From contig NC_087440.1 of the NCBI RefSeq assembly GCF_036321535.1, forward strand, positions 29,326,001 through 29,390,000: DNA of 64,000 nucleotides, given 5' to 3'. The notes beneath the pieces are model-generated. The model had not been told where the DNA came from and ran no database searches. It saw nothing but the letters and a program-made list of their open reading frames with translations. The position numbers and the translations under genes were made by a program. Source of the stretch: Camelus dromedarius. Taxonomy: Eukaryota. Numbering within the stretch: the stretch's first letter is position 1; each line of letters begins with the position of its first letter. Below, one piece after another: positions 35,586 through 49,060 of the stretch.

Positions 35586-38500
35586 GATCTTTTGATGCTA
35601 GAACAGAAAGAGGCAGCAGGAGGCATTTGTGAGTAAAGATTTTCTGGTATCTTTAGAATAAAATATATTATGTGAAACAATCATTGTAAGAATCATCCTC
35701 CCAATGAGTATTCTGAAAACGTGTGTTATTCCATTGTCACTGGCTTCTTCGGGTGCCCAGAAAAAGAAAGGATACTGCTTTCCACAGAGGAGAATACTGG
35801 TCAAATCAATTCAATCAAGAGCTGAGTTTCTTAGTGCAGAAGATCAAAGTGGGGGGTAACAGAAACTCTAAGTATACTCTCAATGTAAATCCTTTACTTC
35901 TAACATAAATGCATTCTTTTTTGGTTCCTTTACTCTGTAAGTATGTAAATGCCTGCTTTTCCCAAGGCACTGTGCTATGAACAAGTGATAGCGCATTTAG
36001 GTTTTATAACTTGCTTCCCTGAAGATCATTTATTAATGTCCATAATCCCTTGTTCATTTAGAAAAGTTGATGGATCCTCGTTTCCCTTCATTCCCTAGCA
36101 TATTCCTTTTTAGATGAAATGGGCTGTCTTTTTACATCAGATGAAACTGCTGTACTATAGTGAAAACAAAGCTCTTAGAATATGAAAATTTATGCTAAAA
36201 TCATGTGTCATTGGGCAGCTGTATGACACTGAGCAGGTCATCTAGCCTTTCAGGGTGCATTATCCTCAAATAGCAAATATTGAGGAAGACATTACTCTCA
36301 AAGAGACACAGAAAATGTCTCTTAAACAATTATGTAGGTGAGATATCTTTAATCAATTGTAATGACTAAATATATGTAAATGGTCTTAATAATATATTGT
36401 TTCAGATAATAATAAGTAGTTATTTGGGGATTATTTACTGGTCAAAGATGGTGTTATCTGATTCATACAAGAATGAGTCTCCAATTAGTAGAGTGTTCAT
36501 GTAAAGACCAATTTTTCATTTCCCATAATATCTAAAACTAAATTAATGCATGCATATAGGACTGCACTAGGTGACCTTCAGTCCCCTCCTATTTAAAATT
36601 CTATCAGATAGATCTTTCCCCAATACTTCTATCTCAGAAATTATGACTGGTAAGTGAAGTGAAATAATTAAGAGTGTAGTTTACAGAGGCCACTGAACTC
36701 TCCCAGTTCAAAGATACATCTTTCACAAGCTTTCCAGCACGGCCACTGCCCTTACCTTCTCCCTTTACATCCAGATCAGGGATACAACATTCTCTGTGGA
36801 AACAAATACTTGTGTGTGGTCTTCAGAAGGATACTGACAAAATGCTTTCACTTACCCTAGATGAAGTGGAAAGTGTGGCGATCTCTACAGTCATTAATGC
36901 TTGGAATTTAGTTCTTACGCTTACCATCTCCTAAGAAAGCAACTTGGTTCTGAAGAGATGAATTGTAAGACGTTTACTTTTAAATTAGAAGGAAATAATC
37001 TCAGGGTGTCGGTAGCTAGGATGGGCTGTCTTCAAAGAGGTGAGGTAGGGCTAGATGCTGTGTCCTGAAGTAGATCTTAAGTAGCTGGGTGAGCACTTGG
37101 AGCAGTCAGGAATCTAAAAGAGGCAAAGAAGTAGGTAAAAAGGAAGAAATGATAAAACAAAATCTCCCGTTTCACAATGTTGCAAAGAATTTATCATAAG
37201 TGTAGCTGTCTTGCTTCTGTTTTCAATAGCAGCAAACTAGATGATCACAAATGACTTTCAAAGACCTCTAGAAAGTAAACAATTATATGTCACCAAGGAT
37301 AACATGAAGGGAATTATTTCCTAGTCTCCATTGATGCTTAAATATAACATATTTACCCACATGTACTAGGAAAATGTTTTCTTTCAACTTAACCTGATCT
37401 GACAGGTCCAGAGTATGGGTACAATTCTTCAGGGATTTAAACACCTTTCTCAAGGAGAGGCCCTTAGAGAACTTAATCTACAACAACTTCATATAAGTTT
37501 TCTTTTAAAAATCGGGAAGAATGCTTTTTAGGAAGTTATCACCAGTGATAGTGATTGTTATATGACTTGGGGTCTGTAAAGACACTGAGATATGGAGAAT
37601 ATTGCATCATTTTATCAAAACCACGTTTTGGGAATATTTAGGCTTTTTCTTCCCTGTATCTTACTTTCCCTTGATTCAAAGTGTAGATAACTTTCCCCCA
37701 GCTTCTCAGAGATGTATGGTCATCAAATGCTTGAATCAAAGATTTTGTGCAATAATGATTTACCATACAGTAAATTTATCATGTGTGGCAAGATTCTGAA
37801 AGTTAGTAATCATATATGACATATCTTCTTTTTTCATCAGTAGGATATATATTCAGCAGGATATTTTGATTTTCATAAAGTATTTATATTAGTATTTTCT
37901 TATTATAAGTTAACAAGGACTATTCTAAATTATAAACTTTAAAATAGTCTGATCACTCAAATCAATAGATGATGTCTGAAGATATCAAGGATTAGCCTAA
38001 GTTACAGAAAATATATGTTTGAATTCTACTTCTAACTAAATAAATTTACAGTTTTAGGCAAATCACACATGTTTCACGGTGCATCATTTCTTTAAGAGAA
38101 AAAAGAACTCTCTCTCCTAATCTTAATATTATATAATTCTCTGGCTTTTGAAAGCATAACCCCAAAAAAGCACATTAAATCAATGATAAGAGTAATTACA
38201 AAATGTTGTATTGAAATAAAAGTATATTCAATCAAAAGAATAAATCCATCTTTGCTTTAGCAAAAAATATGGCCATTAACCACTCCTCAGATTTAGATAT
38301 TTGGACAACAATAAAAGGCAAAATGGACACAGAATATTCAAAGATTGAAAGAGTGGAGTATGATTGGGTCTCTGTTCTCTGATCTGAGTGAATTAGGAGG
38401 CCGAGGAAAAACAGCACTCTTCCAGTCCCTAGCCTTGTAATATTTCCACCTACCAGGAAAAACAACATTCTTCAGGATCCACTGGATGGGGGTAAATATA

Positions 38501-39899
38501 GTGAACCCATGTCTTTCCAGACCTCAGTATTCACCACTTATACTTTGAAATACCATTGTTCTCAACACTATAAGAAAAGCCATCACAGTTGTTAGAAGCT
38601 AATTAGTGATTTGATGTCACTAGACTGTAGTGACCAAAAGACACAGAGGCGATTTGTGATAGCAGAAATTACCTTCGTTAGGGCTAATTGCATGAGAGTA
38701 CTTGTTTGCTCACAAGAATTATAGTGCATCACCTTGAGGATTCACAGATAGACAAAGCAGCAGGACTAGTGGAAATGCTTTGCCCTGTTGGAGAAAATGT
38801 AGTGAATAATTTTGTTAGCTAGTCCTTTTTGCTTCAGGAGAGTTTTAGAACAGGGCCACTGGGGGTGTCAAAGATTGATGAGACATTTCTTGCTCCTGCT
38901 TACTACACAGCAGTGCAAACATCTTGATATTTTAATATCTCTAGAAGAGCCACATGCTTGGTTTCAAAGGCAAGGACTCTAGGATAGGGTTGAGAAAGCT
39001 CTTTTACAGTGGAACATTTCAGCCTACCGAATAGATTCTAGTGAAGAGATTTTAAGTAATTTTGCAAAAATTTTAACTTTTTAGTTCAGATTTTTAGGAA
39101 AAATGCTGTTGAGTGAAGCTCTGGTTCTTTCCTCTCCTGAGGAGAAAGGACACAGTATAAAAGGATTAAGAAGGAGATTTGTTACTATAACAGAATTTTG
39201 ATGTTGGTATGGACATTAGAAATCAACTAGTCCAATATGCTGAATTTATAGATTGGTTGAATGAGCTGTTGAAGAATTAGTTGCTTGACTCAGATGATAC
39301 TCATCTTCTAACCTCTTGTCTAATGCCCTTCCTGCTCTACCATGATCCTCTTGCACAGGTTGGAAATTTTTGAGTTTATGATTAGAGCTCAGCTGATTCT
39401 TCATCTCTTCCCAGGCGCATGCCTTTAGAGCACTCCTGAGCGTTTCTTTGACCAATATTTCCCAGTACCCTTGATAGCTGTTCTTTCTACTACCCTTTTC
39501 ATGTAGATAATCTCTAAAAACTTGTCATTTGGAATTGATTTTCTCTTTAGGATCTCCTGCTGGATGATTTAATACACTCAAATGGGTTTACACTTTTATA
39601 AGAAAGAGCTCTAAGTGTATACCTCTGAGGTTCCAAAATATATCACAAGACATTAATATCTCCAAAATGAACACTTTCTCTAAATTTACCTTTACAGTAA
39701 ATACTAACTCTGCTAGTGTCATCATTATCATCCTCAGAAACATCCCACTCAAATCATCAGTATGATAGATGATGGTTCCTTCTCTAATATGCCTATAGTT
39801 AAGCCCCAAATTTATTTTGATAGATGGGGTCACACTGTTTATACAGTTTTTTAATGCTTATGTTCTCTAAACATGAATCATGAACCTTTCCCCCTGGTT

Positions 39900-42060
39900 G
39901 TTACATATAATTTTGCAAACTTGATTTTTAATAGTTGCATTATCTTCTAATTTATACTTTTAATAAAATAATTATTCCCACATAGTAGAATTTTTAAAGT
40001 ATTTTTTCCTAATTGAAGATATGTGTGACTTAAAATAATGTGTATAAAAATCATCTTAATACTTTTCAGTTGCTTTCTCAGGATAAGTTCTTGAAGGGAA
40101 AATTATTTTAGTCAAGAATTTGAACATTCATGAGTCTCTGGATTCACACAAAACTCCAGACTCTAGTACTATACAGTTTCATCACTATAAAATCTTCCCT
40201 TCATGGTTGACCACTCACCCCTCCATAGCCCCTAGCAACCACTAGTATAGTTACTGTGTCTACAAGTTTGCGTTTTCCAGAACATCTTGTATTCAGTGTA
40301 TACAGTATGTATAGTGTGTAGACTTATCAGCTATCTTCTTTCCTTTAGCAATGTGCAGGTAAGATTCATGCACGTTGCTGCATGGATTAATAGCTCACTC
40401 TTTTTATTATGGTATAATGCTTCTTTATATGTATGTATTTTTCCATTTATCTACTGAAGGACATTTTAGTTGCTTCCTTTTTTTTTTTTGCTGATACTGA
40501 ATAAATTTTCTGTAAACACTCATGTGCAGGTTTTTGTGTATGTATACCTTTTCAAATCATTTGGGAAATCTAATTTGATAGGAAGAAATGTTTGGCTCTA
40601 TGTATTTTAAAGCTCATAAATTAGATATAAACAAATTAGTAGTATTATGTCTTCTTGATGGATTAAGCTTTTTAGTATTATAAAATGTCTCTCTTTACTC
40701 TTGGTAATATTTCTTGTTCTGAAGTCTTCAGAATATATGATACGATTTCTTCAGGTTCCTTAAACTTACTGTTTGCATTGTATGTCTTTTCTCCATTCTT
40801 TTACTTTTAAGCAGTCTGTGTCTTTGTATTTGAAGTGGATTCCTTGCAGACATCAAATAGCTGGGTCTTGCTTATGGTTCATACTGGCAATATCTGCCTT
40901 TTAGTGGAGTCCTTAGACCATTTACATGTAATGTAATTATTTAAATGGCTCTGTATCTACTATCTTGCTATTTTTTCTATTTATTTTATGTATATTTGCT
41001 CCTTTCCCCACTCTTTCTGCTTTCTATTGGATTTGTTTTTTACTTTCCTATTTAATTTCTGCTGTTAGTTTTATTTCATTGTTAATTGCTCTATAACTTT
41101 TATTTTCCACTTTATTAAAACATATTGTAACATCTTACCATATAAGTAGACCTCTTTATTATATCTGATGTTTCTCCAAAATATTTACTGCATGTTATAC
41201 CATTTTTGAGACAATAATTACAATGAATCTTCTTAATCAAATTTACTTTGGCATGCTTTACATTTTTGTTAGATGTTGGACTTTAATCTTTTAAAAAACA
41301 TTTTATTGAGGTATGATTGACATACAAAAGCTGTACATATTTAATTTATACAATCTGATAAGTCTGAAGACAATTATACACTTGTGAAATTGTCACAACA
41401 ATCTATGTCATAAACATATCTATCACCTCCAAAAGTTTCTTCCCACCCTCTTCATTATTACTTTTTTACAATGAGAACACTCAACATAAGACCTACTCTC
41501 TTAGTAAAACTTTAAGTATGTGATACAGTATTATTAATGATAGCACTGTGCTGCACAGTAGCTCTCTAGGATTTATCTTGTATAACTGAAATTTTGGCTT
41601 TTTTATTCCTAAATTTCACTATTTTTCTAGCTTTACTAAAATATAACGTACATTTTTTAATTTAAGCTGTACAATGTTATAATTTTATATGTATACATAT
41701 ATGTATGTATACTAAAACGATTACCACAGTGGAGTTAATTAACATATCCATCATCTCATAAAGTTAGTATTTTTGTGTCTGTGACACAAACATTTAAGAT
41801 CTACTCTCTAAGCAAATTTCAGGTGTAAAATGCAGTATTGTTAACTGTAGTCACCACAGTGCACATTAGAACTCCAGAACTTTTTCATCTTGCTGAAACT
41901 TTGTAAACTGACTATATCTCCCTGTTTCTCCCTCCCTCCAGCACCTGGCAATCATTATTCTGCTTTCTGCTTCTATGAGATCTTCTATGGTTTTGACTCT
42001 TAGATTCCTCATATAAGTGATACCACGTCGTTTTTGTCCTCCTTGTGGCACTGACTGCGC
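39900..42060 (-). mobile_element. Stack of antisense L1 fragments (L1MA/MB/M-type 3' ends and internal parts)
   Basis: ttttattgaggtatgattgacatacaaaagctgtacatatttaa; catttaagatctactctctaagcaaatttc...ttagattcctcatataagtga; ccattcttttacttttaa...gtggattccttgcagaca. Confidence 0.85.
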
Positions 42061-43224
42061 ATGATTGCATGTTAAGTTTTTGGTACATTGACAAATGTGA
42101 TAAGAGAACAGTAATTGTCTTAGATACTTACAGTCTATTCTAATTGATAAAGACAAAAACAAAATTACAGCTTCAGTTCAAAAACCACAAGTTTGAATTG
42201 AAAACTAACACATACAGAATAAACTCCTTGTGGCATGAATTCAGTGGTGCAGTGACGACAGTGATGATCTGTGATGGATAAGGGACTGAATCACTTGTTC
42301 TCACCTTCCTTCTCCTGTCTGTTCCCTGATTTGGTGGGATGCTTCTAAAGTTTCATGTGAAGTTTGAAAAAAATAAGTATGGGATGTATTTCCTAATTAG
42401 TGATATATATGCTTTCTGTGACTACTTTGAAATTTAAATTCTCAAATGAAATTAACTAAAAAAAATCACTGACTATTCAGATATCCTGCTGTAGTCATTC
42501 TCAGCTGATCGCAGACTTATTATCAGTGGTACAATAAACTCTGTGAAGTGCTATGACATTTCTCCCAGAAAGTGTAAGAGTATTCTTGTAATTTGAACTA
42601 TGGACTTGGTGATCTTATTGATATGTTGTTTGTTCCAAAGTCAGAGCAGTAAAACTCAGTCCTGTCATTGATACTACAGTATTTGAGGTTTTAAAATTTT
42701 ACTATAAATTAAAATATAATAAAAAACATTTTATGAACACTAATGCCTTATCTGTGAACATGGAATATCTACAACAATTTATGGGAATCAACTTACTAGA
42801 CGACATAATTATGAGCTGTAACTTACAAAAGTAGAAGAATCTTCATTCAGCCTGTCATGCCAAAGCAGATTCTGTTTTTAATGCTGAATTGATTTCTGTG
42901 CCACCCCAATCAAGTTCGATTGTGTTTGCTAATCTGGAGGTGACTTTAAAAGGCCACAAGGTTTTTTAAAACAATGTCTATATAAGGGAAAAATACTTAG
43001 GAATTTTAATATATGTAGTTTCTGTTTCAGGGAAGATGAGGTGAGCCACAGAATATTGGGAATGATAACATGAGATTCTGTACTTCATTTACCAAATTTA
43101 GAGCCCCAGATTCAGGTCCTGTAATAGTAAAAGATTGATTGTGATAGAAACACAGTAATAACAATCAAACATGTGCATTACCAAGAACAAGAAGAAAGGA
43201 CTTGTGTAACTTCCTCACAGTTGT

Positions 43225-44161
43225 CTAAAAGACTTGCTTGGAACCCACACGTCGGTTTCTCAGCCTCTTCATGGCCTCCTTTACATCTTTATTCCTCAGT
43301 GTGTAAATCATAGGGTTGAAGAGAGGAGTGAAGGCAGTAAAAAACACAGAGATAAATTTATCAATTGGGAAGCTTTCAAAGGGCCAAATATAGATAAAGA
43401 TTAATGGGCCAAAGAACAGAACCACAACAGTGATATGGGCAGACAGGGTGGAAAGTGCCTTGGTTGTCCCATCAGAGGCTTGGGGATGGACAGTAGCAAG
43501 GATGATAGTATAAGACACTAGCAAAAGGAGGAAACAGATAAGCGAGAGCAGGCCACTGTTCACGAGCACCAGAATATCTAAAACATAGGTGTCTAAGCAG
43601 GCAAGCCTGATCAAAAAGGGAAGTCACAAAAGAAATTGTCCACTTTGTTGGGTCCACAGAAAGGAAGATCAACTGTGAATGCCAGGTGGCTGGCTGAGTG
43701 TAGGATGCCAATAGCCCAGGAGACCCCCACCAGAACAGAGCACACCCTTCGGCTCATGATGGTCATGTAATACAGAGGTTTGCATATAGCAATGTATCTA
43801 TCATAGGCCATGGCCACAAGAAGCACCATCTCACTGCCCCCAAAAACATGCAAGAAAGAGATCTGTGACATGCATCCCTGGAAGGTGATGGTCTTGTGTT
43901 CACTAAGGAAGTCTGCAACCATCTTGGGAGTGGCAAATGTAGCCTGACACACATCAATGAAGGAGAGATTGCTAAGAAGAAAGTACATTGGGGAATGCAA
44001 CCGAGAGTCTGTAATCACTGTGAGGATGATAAGGATATTTCCCAACACCGCAGCTCCATAAAGCACAGAGCAGATAAAGAAAAGGAAGAGTTGAAGTTCC
44101 CGAGAGCTGGACAGACCCAACAAAATGAATTCAGTAACTACTGACTTATTGTTCCGTTCAT
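43225..44161 (-). pseudogene. OR4K-family pseudogene with two 1-bp deletions (positional candidate for the human OR4K16P locus)
   Basis: ATG at 44161: ATG AAC GGA ACA A^T AAG TCA restores MNGTNKSVVTEFILLGLSSS. Second deletion in the T5 run at 43613-43617 (CDFP^LIRLAC). PMYFLL, MAYDRYIAIC, FCGPN, KALSTLSAH, NPMIYTLRN intact. Acceptor ...tttttattccctctag| ends at 44189. Confidence 0.9.
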
Positions 44162-45124
44162 TAACTGAATCTGGGCTGCTGAAGTTATCTAGAGGGAATA
44201 AAAATAATTAAAATAAATAAAGATAAACCCTTCACCATTTTTAAATCAAATAGATGCTTCAGTTTCAATAACTATAAAAATAATATGGTAAGGCTATAAG
44301 ACAATGATTAATTCATGTTATTATCAGGAATTGATAGTTTCCTGCAAAATTATATGAATTGTTCTTTACTTTTCCATTTTTGGATTGGCTAAATGGACAG
44401 ATAGAGATAATAGATATATCAAACTAACAGATAAGTCAGTGTGGAAGGAAGTAAAAAGTTGATTTGACATTGTATTCTAACATACTTTTGTAGAAGTCTA
44501 CAAGATTTCAACAACAGTTTGAAAGTCACATATACCATACTTATGCATTCAGATTACAAATTCAGAAAATGAACTTGATGCCTTTTACAGAATCTTGGAG
44601 GGAGAGGAAATTTAGATCAAATGTAAAGGGATGGAAATCAGTGCAGTTACTTTGGTAATGACATCAGAAAAATGAGCAAGATGTGGCCATGTTTTTGAGA
44701 TAGCTGCAGAGAATAATAAGAGAAATTAATTTATAAAAGTTAAACTACTGTAAATGACAATTCACATTCCCTTTTCTGTATTTAAACAATTTGAGTTTTA
44801 CAGCAGTGAGTTATATGCTTTAGTAGTCAAAGAATCTTCCTAGAACCTCAGAAGCATACATTCTCTTCAATCACTCTTTACTTTTCTCCATACGATTTCC
44901 CTTTTGCAACAGTAGAATTTAATACTATTTAATTTAGCCAACTACGTGCTTCTCAAAGATGGGACTGAATGCAATTTTAATTATCATGATAAGTTTATTA
45001 ATTAAATTTATACTTGTACTACTTATCTTTGCTGATGATTTTATAACCTCTTCTTTCTCTAATGAGGTTAATGTCACAATAACAAAAGTGTTTTTCCAAA
45101 GTCAACTGAATAGTGTAATTGATG

Positions 45125-45450
45125 TAATTAATTCATTCAACAAATAATATGGATTGCCTGCTCTGCACTATTCAGAGACCACATCTTTGGAGACAAAGCC
45201 ATGGGAAAAAGTAGGAAAATATGTCCCACCTTCATACAATTACATCTTAAGGGTGTGGTGGGGCCAGCAGAGGGAATTAAAATAAAATATACATTATGTC
45301 AGTTAGTGGTAAGTGATATGGAGAAAGTAAAGCAGAGCAAAGGAATATGGACTAGCCAGGTGATCAGAAAAAGCCTCACTAGTCAGGTTACACTTCAACA
45401 ACTACCAAGGAAAATGAGGAGCAAGCCCTGAGGAAATCTTACTTCAGACA
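45125..45450 (-). mobile_element. L2 3' fragment
   Basis: attcattcaacaaata...gcctgctctgcactatt...gtcccaccttcatacaattacatctta. Confidence 0.7.
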
Positions 45451-46374
45451 AAAGGAATAACAAGCATGTGCAATAATTTATTTATGTGAAATCAGCATTC
45501 TCTTGAAAAACATAAGTATACTTTTGGAAGATTTATTAGAAATTAAATGGATGGAAATTTTGCTTTTCACCTTATTATGGAATTGACACAGGCATAATTG
45601 GGTTTTCTGAACAGCATTCTGCCTTACAGGCTTAAATATGTCTACAGTTTTAGGAAGCTATAAATTCAGTCTTAAAATAGACACACACATTTAAAAATGA
45701 ACCCCTTTTATTTTCTAGAAAGAAATACGGATATAAAATTGCTTTCCAAATTCTATGTATCTGTGTGTACATCTCTAACTATATACAGAGTTTGAAAAGC
45801 AATTTATATATTTTTATTTAAATGCATGGTGCTAATTTTGTCATTTAAAATAAAACTGAAATGGCTTTCAATCTTCCTGTGATTTCAAGGAAGTATCCTT
45901 TGAAATGAAGCTCACTGCCAGATCTCAGAAGCTGGCAAGACTTTTCTGCATATCTGTAGTTATTCAATGACAGCTAGTTGAGAAATATTATTTATTCAAG
46001 GCAAGTCTTTCACATATCGAGACTATTTTAAAACATAAAAATTAGTAATTACTTTTTTGTAATATTTCATAGAATATTATGCATTTTAAAACATCTTCCT
46101 ATACTGTATCTATGTATATACAAGGCCCGAAGAAAGTTTGCAAAGTGATAAATGCATTAAACCAAAGTTTTCTGGTCTTAAACTATTACATTTTATCTAC
46201 AGTTAGCCTTATTGAATTGACTTAGTTTAGTTCTACGAGTACAAACAGAATTTCTCTAAAGCCATTTTAGAAGTATTTTTTTCCTATTAAAAAATAATCA
46301 TATTCCTATTTACAGCTGTATGATCAGCCAGTCTTCACAGAAAGGCAAAGAGTGAAGGATCCCATAATATAAAG

Positions 46375-46650
46375 GGCATACAGTTTGAGATCAGAAGATC
46401 TGGATTTCATTCCTGGATTCATTATTTACTCTTCATGATAATGTTTGTTCATTCATTTCAACTCATTGAGCACCTACTATGATTATGTGCCAAGCATTCT
46501 GTAGGTCTGGGGATAATGGTGATCAAAACAGATAGAGTTCATGTCCTCATGCAACTCGTCACAGTTCTCTGAACTTTTGATTCCTTATTTGTTATGCCAT
46601 ACATTTGAAAGAGTTATGTAAACCATAAAGTAATAAATAAATATCAGCTG
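46375..46650. mobile_element. Adjacent MIR and L2 fragments
   Basis: tttgagatcagaagatctggatttcattcctgg (MIR-like); ttcattcatttcaactcattgagcacctactatg...tgtgccaagcattctg (L2-like). Confidence 0.65.
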
Positions 46651-46656
46651 TGTTGC

Positions 46657-46756
46657 GGGGAGGAAAATAGCTCAGCAGCAGATTGCATGCTTAGCATGCA
46701 TGAAGTCTTGGTTCAATTCTCAGTACCTCCATTAAAAAAATAGCAAAAAAAAAAAA
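46657..46756 (+). mobile_element. Short tRNA-derived SINE of camelid type (vic-1-like)
   Basis: GGGGAGGAAAATAGCTCAG (A box) ...GCATGCTTAGCATGCATGAAGTCTTGGTTCAATTCTCAGTACCTCCA (B box) plus A tail. CTGTGTT repeated at 46648 and 46762. Confidence 0.8.
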
Positions 46757-47919
46757 TTTAACTGTGTTAGTCCACTATTATAATTAAAAATCACACAATA
46801 AATTTTTACCTCTATATAGATGATGCTAAGCTGAATGGAAGAATATTTACTTCCAAGCAGACTAACAATCCGTGAGATTTTAAAAGTCATAATAAAAGAG
46901 ATTAAAATATAATAATAGAATGAAATAATGTTTCTGTAATAAACCTATAACTTACTGAAATAATGAAATGGAAATCTGACAAAAAGAAAGTACATACTGA
47001 AAAGAAGCCAGGTGATATTCTTTACTGTTCTCTCTGTATTCACCTGTAGTTACTTCCAGTCTTTAGACTTCTTTAGTTCTTACCTATAAAAGAAAGAAAG
47101 TAGGGTAAACCAGAGTTAGAATTATGTTCCCAGTGGTTATCACTGTTGAAGAGAGATGGGCAGTCTTTGACGTTTCCTTATGAAATCTACTCCAAATTTA
47201 GAATACACAGTTAAATAAGGCTTTGACTTGGACTTCAGGATGTCCTAAGGATAATCTTTCCTTTATCACTGACTTTAGAAAGCAAGTAATTGCAGGTCTT
47301 TACCTAAGATAGAGATAAACTGCACATGAATCAAGCTTTCCATTTAAAAAGAAATGTGAAATTCATGTGTAGTACTTTCTGGTACTCAGAAATTGATTTT
47401 TCTGACCCACAAGGTTCATCTAAAGCATTTCAATCAAATAGAAAAAGAGAAGTGAAGTTTACAAGGCAAGATGTCACATTGTAGAAGCTTCTCCTTTGGG
47501 TCAAACCCTAGGTTGCTCAACTCATATTCACAAACATAGTAACTGAAAGATTTTTGTGATGGTGATGGAAATGTGAGACATGGAAAGAGTCACTTAAAGA
47601 CATGGAAGAGAAAGAAGATAGCTTGACAATGAAGATAACCATATTTATATGAGGAAATTGTCTTCTTGTCTCTGCATAGATAATTAATCAAAGTGGTTAA
47701 AGGCTTTTGGATATAAAGGACTTGATTTAGTTGCCTGCATTGATATGTGACTAATAATACATAAATATATATGTAACTGATTCAAGAGAGTGCAAAAGAA
47801 TAGAAGCAAGGAAAGGTCTTCAATAAGAAAAACGATCAAATTACAGCATTTTATATTTGTAAAATGCCAGGAGGAAAGAGCTTCTGTTAATCATAACAGC
47901 CAGTAATTTCTTCATCAAC

Positions 47920-48060
47920 TTCATACAAAGCACTGAGCTAAACACTTCATCTGTTATCTCACTTACTCTGACAATAATGCTACAAAGGAAATACTATTAC
48001 TATCCCAACTTTACAATAGAAGAAATGAGTTAGTGTCAAAACAAGATTTTGCATAGTCAA
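47920..48060 (-). mobile_element. MIR fragment
   Basis: agcactgagctaaacacttcat...tatctcactta...tattactatcccaactttacaatagaagaaatgag. Confidence 0.7.
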
Positions 48061-48729
48061 AAAGACATTTAACCACTATTGGTTGCTTAATTAAGGACCT
48101 GATCCTAAGAACATACCTGAGGAGGTCTACCTGGTCATTAAAATGACAATTTTGTGCCCCATTCATTCTATTCTCTATCATCATCTCTGTTCTTTCAAAA
48201 TGATATATCTATATGCTCACTTTCACCTGTGTGCTTTAATCCATCAAAGTGTTAGCGACAATGATCAGTTTGATATTTATTTCAGATTTCAGAATCTCAT
48301 CTACAAACTCCAAGTTCTGATGCTCAAGAACCCAAGTCATTTTAATTCTATAATAACTTTAGCCTAGAATTCTTTAATTCTCTGAATGGTAACATCTATA
48401 TTTAATTTTTTGCTTGATGTGATTAAATTCCACATACCAGTTTTAAGAGAAATCTCAGGGGAACAATAACGGGTTAAAGAAAAGAAATCTCCAAAACCCA
48501 TTGCTTTTTGTAAAAAAGATTGTCACAAGAGCCCATAAAACAAATATATAAATACCATATTGCACATCCTCATATCTCACATAACCAATCATACTGATTG
48601 CAAAAACCAATTAAAAAACTTCCTTTGTGAAGTGAAGTCATATTGCTGTGGGAGTTATTAACACACTTTGGGTTGTTTTTCTCAAAAACAAAATGATAAA
48701 AATGTGTAAGTTGTTTTCCTATAATTGAA

Positions 48730-48911
48730 AATGAGACAGACATAATAAACAAAATTATGGTTACCAGGGGAGAAAGGAGGCGGAGGGATGAACTAGGAGT
48801 TTTGGATTAGCGGATACAAACTACTATATACAAAATAGATAAACAACAAGGTCCTATTGTATAGCACAGAGAACTCATAATAACATATAATGGAAAAGTA
48901 TATGAAAAAGA

Positions 48912-48983
<72 letters not shown>

Positions 48984-49060
48984 GTATATAGTTGTACACC
49001 AGAAATTAACAAAACATTGTAAATCAACTATACCTCAATTTTAAAAAGTGAAAAAAAAAG
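48730..49060 (+). mobile_element. L1 3' end (artiodactyl type), sense
   Basis: aacaaaattatggttaccagggg...ggattagcggatacaaactactatatacaaaatagataaacaacaaggtcctattgtatagcacag...acattgtaaatcaactatacctcaatt plus A tail. Confidence 0.9.
48918..48977. repeat. (AT)30 microsatellite
   Basis: 60 nt of perfect AT repeat inside the L1 3'UTR. Confidence 0.97.

Noticed and set aside
38220-38900. Possible very old OR remnant or enhancer (CTAATTAG, ITNRLCV-like peptide)
   Set aside because: No run of OR motifs in any frame I read, and no clear Lhx2/Ebf composite; too weak to call.
45880-45945. Small hairpins (ATTTCAAGG...CCTTTGAAAT; TGCCAG...CTGGCA)
   Set aside because: Stems of 6-10 bp are expected by chance; no RNA family features.
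46657-46735. Possible tRNA gene
   Set aside because: Degenerate boxes, no proper cloverleaf, A tail and flanking repeat; it is a SINE.
48793-48999. ORF with a YIYIYI run
   Set aside because: Translation of the (AT)n microsatellite.
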